Origin: an uncultured Chloroflexota bacterium | GTDB lineage: Bacteria > Chloroflexota > UBA6077 > CF-72 | DNA length: 64,000 nucleotides | Direction of reading: 5' to 3' | NCBI GenBank assembly: GCA_964435115.1 | Contig: CAYSYM010000012.1 | Location: 1,088-65,087, forward strand | Shown: positions 29,532 through 37,664 of the stretch, in pieces | Layout: each line of letters starts with the position of its first letter | Numbering within the stretch: position 1 is the stretch's first letter | The notes under the pieces: model-generated | The model's input: only the letters and a program-made list of their open reading frames with translations | What the model was told of the DNA's origin: nothing | Database searches by the model: none | Position numbers and translations under genes: made by a program

Positions 29532-31256
29532 GTGGCGAGGGAGGCGGTGGTGACCGTTGGCGAGGGGCTGCTCGCCAACCTCGCCTTGGCCCTCGTCGCC
29601 GCCCTGGCTGGCGCAGTGGCGGCCCTGCGGCTGCGGCAGTCGGCCACGCTCGGCTTCATCCTGGCCGGCGTGGCCATCGGCCCGTTCACGCCCGGCTTTG
29701 TGGCCGACCTCGCCGCCGTGGAAGCGCTGGCGGACCTAGGGGTCGTCTTTCTGCTGTTCACGATTGGCGCCCAGCTCTCGCTGCGCGAGCTGCTGCGCGC
29801 CGGCCGGGTGGCGATCGTCGGCGGGAGCCTGCAGGTCGTGGCGGTGGTGGGGCTCGGCGCGGCGGTTGGCCTGGCGCTGGGCTGGCAGCTCGTGGAAGCA
29901 CTGTTCTTTGGCGCGGTCGTCTCCAACTCTTCGAGCACCGTGCTCGGCAAGGTCCTCGGGGAGCGGGGCGAGGCCGACACCGAGCATGGCCGCATCGCGC
30001 TGGCCTGGTCGACGGTGCAGGACCTCAGCACCGTCGTGCTCGTGGTGCTGCTCTCGGCGCTCGCGGGCGGGCAGGAGACGCTCATGGCGGACGTGGCCGT
30101 GGCGGTGGGCAAGGCAGTGCTGTTCCTGGTGCTCCTCATCCCGGTCGGGCTGCGGGTCTTCCCGGCGCTGTTCGAGTGGATCGCCTCCTTCCGCAGCCGC
30201 GAGGTGTTCGTGCTGGCGGTCGCCGCCGTCGCGCTGGGCACCGCCTTCGGCGCCACCCTCTTCGGCGTCTCGCTGGCGCTGGGCGCCTTCGTGGCCGGCC
30301 TGGTCGCCGGCGACTCCGACCTCTCGCACCATGTGCTGGGGGAGATCGTGCCGCTGCGCGACGTCCTGGCGGGGCTCTTCTTCGTCTCCGTGGGCATGCT
30401 CGTCGATCCCCCATTCGTCGCCGCCAACCTGCCCCTGGTCCTCCTGGCGCTCGGGCTGATCGTGCTGGCCAAGGGCGGGCTGGTCTCGGCCATCGCCCTG
30501 AGCTTTGGTGTCGCGCCGCGCACGGCGCTCCTCACCGGCCTCGCGCTAGCGCAGAGCGCCGAGTTCTCCTTCCTGCTGGCCCGGACGGGGCGCGAGGTCG
30601 GGGCGGTGACGCCCGGCGTTTACAGCCTGATGCTGGCCGGGGCCGCGGCCAGCATCGCGGTGGCTCCCTCGCTGCACGCGTTCGCCGCGCCGGCCGTCCG
30701 CTGGATCGAGCCGTGGCTGCCACGACGTGGCGACGCCACACAGCCTCGACCCGAGGGACTACCGGGCGCGCGCCGCCACGCGATTATCTGCGGGTACGGC
30801 GCCGTGGGCCAGATGGTCGGCGCGGCGCTGGCACGGCGCGGCCTGACGTACGTCGTCGTTGACCAGGACCCCCGCGTCGTACGCCGCCTGCGCGAGCGTG
30901 GCGTTCCCGCGCTGCTGGGGCGCGCCGAGAGCCCCGTGCTGCTGGAGGGCGCCGGCCTGGCGCGCGCGGCCGTGCTGGTCGTCGCGTTCTCCGATCCGCT
31001 GGCGGCACGAGAGGTAGTGCGCGTAGCACGACAGCAGGCGCCGAGGCTCGACGTGGTCGCTCGGACGCAGCGTCTGGAGGAGTTGCCGCGGCTCCGAGCG
31101 CTCGGAGCGGCCGAGGCGGTGGCAGGCGAGGTGGAAGTGGGTCTGGAGCTGACGCGGCACACCCTGCACCGGCTCGGTGTGAGCGCCGCCGAGGCGCAGG
31201 GCATCGTGCACGGCCTGCGCCAGCGCGCGGGCGCTGCCCCCGATGCCCTCCCCTGA
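29532..31256 (+). CDS. monovalent cation:proton antiporter-2 (CPA2) family K+/H+ antiporter with C-terminal RCK/TrkA-N domain (KefB/KefC-like)
   Basis: Na_H exchanger membrane domain (~390 aa) followed by IICGYGAVGQMVG...VVVDQD Rossmann/RCK. Confidence 0.85.
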   Translation: MAREAVVTVGEGLLANLALALVAALAGAVAALRLRQSATLGFILAGVAIGPFTPGFVADLAAVEALADLGVVFLLFTIGAQLSLRELLRAGRVAIVGGSLQVVAVVGLGAAVGLALGWQLVEALFFGAVVSNSSSTVLGKVLGERGEADTEHGRIALAWSTVQDLSTVVLVVLLSALAGGQETLMADVAVAVGKAVLFLVLLIPVGLRVFPALFEWIASFRSREVFVLAVAAVALGTAFGATLFGVSLALGAFVAGLVAGDSDLSHHVLGEIVPLRDVLAGLFFVSVGMLVDPPFVAANLPLVLLALGLIVLAKGGLVSAIALSFGVAPRTALLTGLALAQSAEFSFLLARTGREVGAVTPGVYSLMLAGAAASIAVAPSLHAFAAPAVRWIEPWLPRRGDATQPRPEGLPGARRHAIICGYGAVGQMVGAALARRGLTYVVVDQDPRVVRRLRERGVPALLGRAESPVLLEGAGLARAAVLVVAFSDPLAAREVVRVARQQAPRLDVVARTQRLEELPRLRALGAAEAVAGEVEVGLELTRHTLHRLGVSAAEAQGIVHGLRQRAGAAPDALP

Positions 31257-31514
31257 CGGGCCTGAGACCCGGGGACCGCTCGGGCTGGGGGACAGAGCCG
31301 CGCGCCACACTCCGCCTGTCTGACCCGGGCAGGCCGGCGCCCGGAGCGTCCTCTGGCTGGCTGGAGCGGCCCGCGCGAGGGGTGGCACGCTCAGTCGACC
31401 ATGGCTTCAGGCGAAGGTGACGTGCGGCGGCGGGTCGCCACGCTGTGCCCGGCCGCGTGGGCGCGGGCCCGGCAACGGCCGGGAACCGGCTGCCCGCGTG
31501 TGGTGTACAAGAGG

Positions 31515-32123
31515 ATGACGAGCACTCCTGTGGAGGGCCGGCCACTGGAGGACCTTGAGAGCACGCTGGTCGAACGGGCACGACAGGGTGACGCGGACGC
31601 CTATGGAGCCCTCGTGGGGCGGTACCAGGACCTTGCCTTCCGCACCGCCTACCTCGTGGTCCACGATGCGGCCGAGGCGGAGGACGCGGCTCAAGAGGCG
31701 TTCATACGCGCCTACGCCGGCCTGGCGCGCTTCAGGGCCGGCGCCCCTTTCCGCCCGTGGCTCCTGCGGATCGCGGCCAACGTGGCCCGCAATCGGCGGC
31801 GGGCGAGCAGCCGGCGTGGGAGCCTCGTGCTGCGCGCGGCGGAGGCGCGCGCCTCGGGAGAGGCGGCCCCCTCTCCCGAGGCGGTCGCGCTCGCCGCGGA
31901 GCAGCGCCGGCTGCTTCTGGCGGCGCTGAACGGGTTGCGCGAGGACGACCGCCTGGCGATTGCCGCCCGCTACTTCCTGGACCTCTCCGAGGCGGAGATG
32001 GCCGTGGCGCTCGGCTGCGCCCGGGGAACGGTGAAGTCGCGCCTGGCGCGAGCGCTTGGGCGGCTGCGAGCCGAGCTAGCGCGCACGGCCGCCGGCGAGG
32101 AGGAGGCAGCCACGCATGGCTGA
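31515..32123 (+). CDS. ECF-type RNA polymerase sigma-70 factor
   Basis: Region 2 (YGALVGRYQDLAFRTAYLVVHD..AEDAAQEAFIRAY) and region 4 HTH (LSEAEMAVALGCARGTVKSRLARA). RBS AGAGGA. 8-nt overlap with the downstream gene. Confidence 0.85.
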   Translation: MTSTPVEGRPLEDLESTLVERARQGDADAYGALVGRYQDLAFRTAYLVVHDAAEAEDAAQEAFIRAYAGLARFRAGAPFRPWLLRIAANVARNRRRASSRRGSLVLRAAEARASGEAAPSPEAVALAAEQRRLLLAALNGLREDDRLAIAARYFLDLSEAEMAVALGCARGTVKSRLARALGRLRAELARTAAGEEEAATHG

Positions 32124-32985
32124 GCGGCTCGGCCGCCTCGGGGAGGCGGAGCTGGAGCGGGCGCTGCGCGACCTGGGCCAGCACCTCGCCTACCCACCCA
32201 CCCCGAACCTGGTGCTGCCTGTACGGCAGCGACTGGCCCAGCGTCCGGCGCGCCGGCTGCCCTGGAGCGGCTGGTGGCCAGTCGGGCGGCGGTTCGCCGT
32301 GGCGCTGGCGGCGCTGCTCGCCCTGGCGAGCGCCGCGCTCCTGGCGTTCGAGCCGGGCGCGCGAACGGCGGTGGCCGAGCGGCTCGGCTTGCGCGGCGTG
32401 TGGATCGAGCGGCTGCCGTTGGTCCCCGCGCCCACGCCGACGGCCACGGCCGCGCCCACGCCGCTCCCCACACCCACCTCGATCCCGCTCGGCGCCCGGC
32501 TCGAGCTGGGGGAGGTGCTGCCGCTGCAGGAGGCCCGGGCTCGCGTGCCGTACCCGGTGGTGGTGCCGAGCCTTCCGGAGCTAGGCGCGCCGGACGAGGT
32601 GTACCTGAGCCCCGTCCCGGCCGGCGGCCAGGTGGCGCTGGTCTACCGGGCGCGGCCGGGCCTGCCACCCGCCTCGGAAACGGGCGTGGGGCTGCTGCTC
32701 ACCCAGTTCGTGGCGCGGCCAGGGACGCTCAACAGTGGTGTGTTGGGCAAGGGCGCCGGCCCCGACACCCGGATCGAAGAGACGGTGGTGAACGGCGGCC
32801 GGGGTGTCTGGCTGGAGGGCCAGCCACACCTCCTGTTTCTGTCGGATGCTCGCGGCCAGCTCCGCCAGGAGCCGGTGCGGCTGGCTGGCAACGTGCTGCT
32901 GTGGGAACAGGGCGAGCTGACGCTGCGGCTCGAGGCTGCGATCTCGAAGGCCGAGGCGCTCCGCATCGCCACCTCCGTGCGGTAG
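32116..32985 (+). CDS. putative anti-sigma factor (single TM, DUF4367-like extracytoplasmic domain)
   Basis: Translationally coupled to the ECF sigma gene. TM WWPVGRRFAVALAALLALASAALLAF. The C-terminal domain resembles anti-sigma DUF4367. Confidence 0.55.
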   Translation: MAERLGRLGEAELERALRDLGQHLAYPPTPNLVLPVRQRLAQRPARRLPWSGWWPVGRRFAVALAALLALASAALLAFEPGARTAVAERLGLRGVWIERLPLVPAPTPTATAAPTPLPTPTSIPLGARLELGEVLPLQEARARVPYPVVVPSLPELGAPDEVYLSPVPAGGQVALVYRARPGLPPASETGVGLLLTQFVARPGTLNSGVLGKGAGPDTRIEETVVNGGRGVWLEGQPHLLFLSDARGQLRQEPVRLAGNVLLWEQGELTLRLEAAISKAEALRIATSVR

Positions 32986-33178
32986 ACCGGGGGCACGCGC
33001 CCGCTGGTGCACCTGCGCCCAGGGGGCGCGCGGGCGGACACCCAGGGCCCACCGAACGTCCACCTCGGGCGTCCGCGGACACGTGGCCAGGGTTGGGGGC
33101 CGCGGCGAGCGACGCGGCCGACGGCAGGTGATGACTGACCTGGAAGGCGCTGTCGGGCGACAGCGGAAGTACAGGGGC

Positions 33179-33197
33179 TGGTGCCGAAGCGGGGACT
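33179..33197. repeat. 19-bp direct repeat of the tRNA-Leu 3' end (distal att site of an integrated islet)
   Basis: tggtgccgaagcggggact is identical to 36164-36182, which is the complement of the tRNA-Leu T-stem/acceptor/CCA 3' end. Confidence 0.55.
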
Positions 33198-33470
33198 ACA
33201 CGGAGTGGGATGCCTGGGCGTCCCCGGCCGCGCGTTTCAATCTGGGAAACCAGAACGTATGTTCGCCGGCGTGCCTGCGTGAGCCCCGGCGTTGGCCCCT
33301 CCGTTGGTCCCAGCCAGGCGCTACTTTCGCCGGGCAGGAGCGGGTGGGACGTGCTCCACCACCCTCCGACACGTACGACATACGACCTACGCTTGGGCCG
33401 GTGAGATGGCCGTCGCCGGCGCACGGGGCATCCGGCCACGCTACCGGGGTACGGTAGAGCCCCAGCAGCC

Positions 33471-33707
33471 ATGCCCACGGTCCTGAGGGTGCGCGGCTAT
33501 CGCCTCGGCTTCTTCTCGAATGAAGGAACGGAGCCGCCGCACGTCCACGTGCACCGGGCTGAGTATGAGGCCAAGTACTGGCTCTCGCCCGTGGAGCTGG
33601 CCCGGAACCGCGGCTTCAGCGGTCCGGAGCTGACGGAGATCGCCGCGATTGTCCAGGAGCATCGCGCTACACTCCTGGGCGCCTGGCATGACTACTTCGA
33701 CGCCTAG
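33471..33707 (+). CDS. DUF4160 protein
   Basis: 78 aa. GYRLGFFSNEGTEPPHVHVHRAEYEAKYWL is typical of DUF4160. Confidence 0.7.
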   Translation: MPTVLRVRGYRLGFFSNEGTEPPHVHVHRAEYEAKYWLSPVELARNRGFSGPELTEIAAIVQEHRATLLGAWHDYFDA

Positions 33708-33951
33708 ACGCGCCCGGGTACCCGCCTTCGATCCGCGGGCCGTGCAGGTGTGGTGCGACCCGGACCGGCTACACGTGCTGCTGGCGGACGGGCGGGAGAT
33801 CGCCGTGCCGCTGGCGTGGTTCCCCCGACTGGCCGAGGCGCGGCCAGACCAGCGGGCCCGGTGGGAGCCGCTCGGCGGCGGCCACGGCATGCATTGGGAA
33901 GAACTGGACGAGGACATCTCCGTCGAGGGGCTGCTGGGCCTGCCCGACTGA
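33688..33951 (+). CDS. DUF2442 protein
   Basis: Overlaps DUF4160 by 20 nt. VQVWCDPDRLHVLLADGREIAVPLAWFPRL...WEPLGGGHGMHWEELDEDISVEGLL is typical of DUF2442, the usual neighbour of DUF4160. Confidence 0.6.
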   Translation: MTTSTPRRARVPAFDPRAVQVWCDPDRLHVLLADGREIAVPLAWFPRLAEARPDQRARWEPLGGGHGMHWEELDEDISVEGLLGLPD

Positions 33952-34113
33952 GCGCCGGCCACCATCGGAGGGCCGGCGCCTCGCTCCGTCTGCACGCAGC
34001 GTGCGACGAAAGCGAGGGAAGCGACGAAAGGCCGCTGCGTCAGTCCCGGCGTCTCAGCTGCGCGCGCCGGCGCAGGGATGCCGGCGGCAGCCGGCGCGTC
34101 CACTCGAGGCCCT

Positions 34114-34189
34114 CCCGAATCCGTGGGCGCGAGTTCGATTCGTTCACCCAGAAGGTGACACTTTCAATCTGGAATCCACGGATTGGGGG
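34114..34189. repeat. palindromic repeat element, copy 3 of 3 (inside the tRNA-Leu islet)
   Basis: cccgaatccgtgggcgcgagttcgattcgttcacccagaaggtgacactttcaatctggaatccacggattggggg. Same terminal arms and inner core as copies 1 and 2. Confidence 0.75.
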
Positions 34190-34258
34190 CCCTACTGCGC
34201 TGTTGACGTGGTGGGCGCGGCCGGTGTTCACTCGCCCGTGCCGAGTTGGGGGTTCCAC

Positions 34259-34858
34259 ATGGCAACTGAGAGCATCGCGATCCGCCACACCGACCCGAGC
34301 CAGGAGATGGAGGCCCTGCAACGGGTGGCTGGCGACGTGGCGAAGATTCTCACCGCCGGTGAGGAGATTCTGTACGTCGCGCTTCAGAACCGGTCCAGCC
34401 TGTCCATGAAGAAGGACAGCGTCGTAGCCACGTCCAACCGCGTGATCCTCTACCGCCCGGGCATCCTCGGGCGTGTCAACTTCGAAGACTTCCCCTGGCA
34501 GGACGTGGCCAACGCCAAGATCAACCAGGGCTTCCTGGCCACGGACTTCACGGTGGAGACGACAGACGGCCGCAAGGCCCAGCTCGGCGGGCTCGACAAG
34601 GAGCAGGCGAAGCGGCTGTACGGCATCTGCCAGCAGCTTGAGCAGGAGTGGCGCGAGAAGCGGCGCGTCCGCCAGATGGAGGAAGATCGCGCCAAGGCCG
34701 GCGGCGTGTTCGTGACCGGCCCGGCGCCGGCGGCGGCTGCCGCCCCGGCGGAAGACCCCGTGGAGAAGTTGGCCAAGGCCAAGAAGATGCTGGACGCCGG
34801 GCTCATCTCCGAAGCCGAGTACGAAACCCTGAAGGCCAAGGTGCTGTCGAGCATGTAG
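34259..34858 (+). CDS. bacterial PH-domain (bPH_2/YokE-like) protein with C-terminal SHOCT domain
   Basis: EILYVALQNRSS...SNRVILYRPGILGRVNFEDFPWQDVANAKINQGFLATDFTVETTDG is the PH fold. The C-terminal KLAKAKKMLDAGLISEAEYETLKAKVL is SHOCT. Confidence 0.65.
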   Translation: MATESIAIRHTDPSQEMEALQRVAGDVAKILTAGEEILYVALQNRSSLSMKKDSVVATSNRVILYRPGILGRVNFEDFPWQDVANAKINQGFLATDFTVETTDGRKAQLGGLDKEQAKRLYGICQQLEQEWREKRRVRQMEEDRAKAGGVFVTGPAPAAAAAPAEDPVEKLAKAKKMLDAGLISEAEYETLKAKVLSSM

Positions 34859-34961
34859 ATCGCCGGCATCCGCCGGCTCGCACGCATGGCAGAGGCCCCG
34901 GACCATTCCGGGGCCTCATCGTGTCTCATGGACGCTGCCGGCGGCGCCGGCGTGCATGGTG

Positions 34962-35513
34962 CTACTCCGCCGGCGCGTCGGCCGCGTCCACGCCCAACCG
35001 CTTGGCGATGGCCTCCACGCGCTCCACCAGCGCCTGGCGCGGGCTCTCCTCCACCCGGAGCGGCCCACCATTCGCGCCGGTCACTTCGCGCTTCTCCGTC
35101 CACTCGCCTAGCTCCTGCGCCACCTGCTTCTCCAGCGCGCGCATCTCCGCCAGCAGCCCGGTGTCGATGCTGAACTCCACCTCGACCACCGCGCCGCGGC
35201 GGCGCTCAGAGCGCACCAGGAGGCCCGTAGACCAGCCCGGCTCCTCGGCGTAGCGTCGGTCGGCCGCGCGGGCGTCAATGACCGCCTGGAGCCGCCTGTG
35301 GCGCTCCACGTAGCCATCCACGCGGTTCTGCTTGGCCGCGATGCCGGCGCGCAGCAGCTTGGCCTGCATCTCGTGGCGGATGGTGTCCACGCGCTCCCGG
35401 AACGCCGCGTCCACCTTCCAGCGGGCCAGGGTGGACGGGGAGACCCCCACCTTCTCCGCGATGCGGACGTCGGGGACGGCATCCTCGGCCACGAGCTGCG
35501 CGGCGAGCGCCAT
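34962..35513 (-). CDS. phage-type HTH protein (terminase-small-subunit-like)
   Basis: N-terminal HTH (VRIAEKVGVSPSTLARWK), Arg/Glu-rich helical remainder. Genomic context: adjacent to an integrase remnant and an att site. Confidence 0.45.
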   Translation of the reverse strand: MALAAQLVAEDAVPDVRIAEKVGVSPSTLARWKVDAAFRERVDTIRHEMQAKLLRAGIAAKQNRVDGYVERHRRLQAVIDARAADRRYAEEPGWSTGLLVRSERRRGAVVEVEFSIDTGLLAEMRALEKQVAQELGEWTEKREVTGANGGPLRVEESPRQALVERVEAIAKRLGVDAADAPAE

Positions 35514-35532
35514 CCGGCCGGCCGTGGTGGGT

Positions 35533-36111
35533 GCCGCCGCGTTGCGGTGGGAGGACGTGGACGTGGTGCGCCGCGTCCTGCACGTGCGGCACACCCTCAC
35601 GCGGGTGCCAAAGAGCCAGGGCTCCTTCGCCTTCACCCCGCCGAAGACGATGAGTAGCCGGCGGGTCGTGCCACTGAACGACGACGCCGTGGCTGCCCTG
35701 CGCGCCCAGCGGATCGCCGCGCAGGAGGCACGGCTGTTTGCCGGGTCGAAGTGGGAAGACCACGGCCTCGTCTTCCCCAACCGCGTGGGGAAGCCACTCC
35801 GCGAGGACCACGTGCTGGCAGCCTTTCACCAGGTCTGCCACGCGGCCGGGGTGCCGCGGAAGCGCCTGCACGACTGGCGGCACTTCGCCGCGTCGGTCGC
35901 CTTCGCCAACGGCGCCGAGCTGCGGGACGTGCAAGACCTCCTGGGCCACAGCCGCATTGACATGACCAGCGCCATCTACACGGCGTCCGCACTCCACCGC
36001 ACGCGCGACGTGGTGACTCGGCTCGGGAGCGTCTTCGACGACGCGCCGGAGTCCCCGGACGCAGCCGCCGGGGCCGCGTTGGTCCCAGCGTTGGTCCCAA
36101 CGGCCGTCTGA
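35533..36111 (+). pseudogene. tyrosine recombinase/integrase, C-terminal catalytic domain only (N-terminal SAM-like domain missing)
   Basis: LRWEDVD...HTLTRV...RLHDWRHFAASVAFANGAELRDVQDLLGHSRIDMTSAIYT carries the R...HxxR...Y catalytic motifs. No core-binding domain. The ORF upstream of residue ~68 is unrelated sequence overlapping the opposite-strand gene. About 50 bp from the tRNA-Leu 3' end. Confidence 0.65.
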
Positions 36112-36120
36112 GGCATGGAA

Positions 36121-36152
36121 AAGGGCCTCTCCTGAACTTGGGAGAGGCCCTT
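36121..36152 (-). terminator. rho-independent terminator of tRNA-Leu
   Basis: AAGGGCCUCUCC-(8 nt)-GGAGAGGCCCUU 12-bp stem, followed on the minus strand by UUUUCC. Confidence 0.55.
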
Positions 36153-36163
36153 ACGCTGCCAAG

Positions 36164-36250
36164 TGGTGCCGAAGCGGGGACTCGAACCCCGACGGGAGTA
36201 CTCCCACTACGCCCTGAACGTAGCGCGTCTGCCAATTCCGCCACTTCGGC
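36164..36250 (-). tRNA. tRNA-Leu (anticodon CAG)
   Basis: Manual fold gives acceptor GCCGAAG/CUUCGGC, 3-bp D-stem with an 11-nt loop, anticodon stem CUACG/CGUAG with loop UUCAGGG, long variable arm GGGAG-UA-CUCCC, T-arm CGGGG-UUCGAGU-CCCCG, discriminator A and encoded CCA. Confidence 0.9.
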
Positions 36251-36326
36251 CGGCGTGCAGAGTATACGGGACGCGGGCGCGCGGCGAACACCCACCCGGG
36301 GCCCGCCCCCTCCCCCTTCGGGGGTG

Positions 36327-36355
36327 TTGACTTCCCCGCGGGCGACCCCTATAGT
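36327..36355 (+). promoter_or_regulatory. sigma-70-type promoter of the por operon (TTGACT-17-TATAGT)
   Basis: TTGACT at 36327-32, 17-bp spacer, TATAGT at 36350-55, about 85 nt upstream of the porCD ATG. A divergent TATACT (complement of 36261-66) lies 5-10 nt upstream of the tRNA-Leu 5' end. Confidence 0.5.
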
Positions 36356-36438
36356 CGGGGTGATTGGTCCGACCACTTTGCCATACGGCCGCGCGGGCCA
36401 GTCGCATCCGGGGAGAATGTGGAAAGGGAGCGCAACCT

Positions 36439-37662
36439 ATGGGCGTAGCAACGGCCAACGGGGCGGCCCACACCAACGGGGTCACCCGCGCGCCCGCGGT
36501 GTCCTACTCCGTCGAAGTGGTGTACCGGGGCATCTTCCAGAAGACGCTGGCTAACCGGATCGCGCGCGGGGTCGTGCTCGGCGCCCGCAAGGACGGCAAG
36601 GTAGGAACGGCCTTCGCTCGCTACGGCGATTCGCCCGAGCGCAACGGTATTCCCGCTAAGAACTTCGCCGTCGTCGCGTCGGACGAGGACGAACTCGAGG
36701 GCTCACTCGCGCGCTACGAGCCGGACGCGGTGGACGTCTCGATCGTCGTCGACGACACCATGTGCAAGGGCATCGAGTCGTGGGCCTGGTATGGCGTCCA
36801 GCCGATCAACAAGCTGGTGCGGCCCGGCGGCTACCTGGTGGTGACGTCGGCCCGCGAGCCGGACGAGCTGCTCCGCTTCATCAAGGTGAAGCCGTACGAC
36901 TACACGCTGGTCGTCATCCCCACCCAGGCGGCGCCCGGCGTCTTCGCCCCGGAGAGCACGGCGAGCCTGGGCGGCCTCTGGGTCTACAACGACGACAACA
37001 CCGACTACGCCTGCATGGCGGCCGTCGCGCGGGCCATGCCGCAGATCGTCTCGCTGGACGCGGTGCTGCAGATCGTCCGCGAGCAGACCAAGGACGAGGC
37101 GCGGGTCGAGGCGGTTCGGGCGAAGCACGCGGCGCTCAAGATCCGCCCGGTGAAGGCGGGCGAAGGGAGCACCGTCGAGTACGAGGAGTACACGAAGCCT
37201 GGCTGGACCGCCATGCGCGAGGGCATCATCGTTGAGGCGATGAAGGTTGGGACGCGCAACCCGGTCTACAAGAAGTGGAGCACACGCACCAGCCGGCCCC
37301 TCGTCAACTTCGACACGTGCATCAAGTGCACGCAGTGCTGGCTCCAGTGCCCTGACGAGGCGTTCGAGGTGACACCCGAGGGGACCTACGAGGTGATCTA
37401 CGAGGCGTGCATCGGCTGCGGCGTCTGCGCCGACGTCTGCCCCGTGCCGGACTGCATCACCATGGTCAACGAGCTGGAGTTCGACACGCTCGACAGCCTG
37501 TACCGGGTGTACAAGCAGGACCGCGCCGGCTACCAGGCGCTGCTGGAACGGCGCGGCATCCCGCTGCACCCGGAGCTGGAGGAGAAGGCACGCAAGACCC
37601 CGCCCGTGCACGACGTGGCGGAGCGCCAGTGGCCGATCGCCGTAGCGGGAGGAGAGGAGTAG
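36439..37662 (+). CDS. 2-oxoacid:ferredoxin oxidoreductase gamma-delta fusion subunit (PorC/PorD-like)
   Basis: N-terminal POR gamma domain. C-terminal two [4Fe-4S] motifs (CIKCTQCWLQCP and CIGCGVCADVCP). RBS GGGAG. Confidence 0.85.
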   Translation: MGVATANGAAHTNGVTRAPAVSYSVEVVYRGIFQKTLANRIARGVVLGARKDGKVGTAFARYGDSPERNGIPAKNFAVVASDEDELEGSLARYEPDAVDVSIVVDDTMCKGIESWAWYGVQPINKLVRPGGYLVVTSAREPDELLRFIKVKPYDYTLVVIPTQAAPGVFAPESTASLGGLWVYNDDNTDYACMAAVARAMPQIVSLDAVLQIVREQTKDEARVEAVRAKHAALKIRPVKAGEGSTVEYEEYTKPGWTAMREGIIVEAMKVGTRNPVYKKWSTRTSRPLVNFDTCIKCTQCWLQCPDEAFEVTPEGTYEVIYEACIGCGVCADVCPVPDCITMVNELEFDTLDSLYRVYKQDRAGYQALLERRGIPLHPELEEKARKTPPVHDVAERQWPIAVAGGEE

Positions 37663-37664
37663 CC

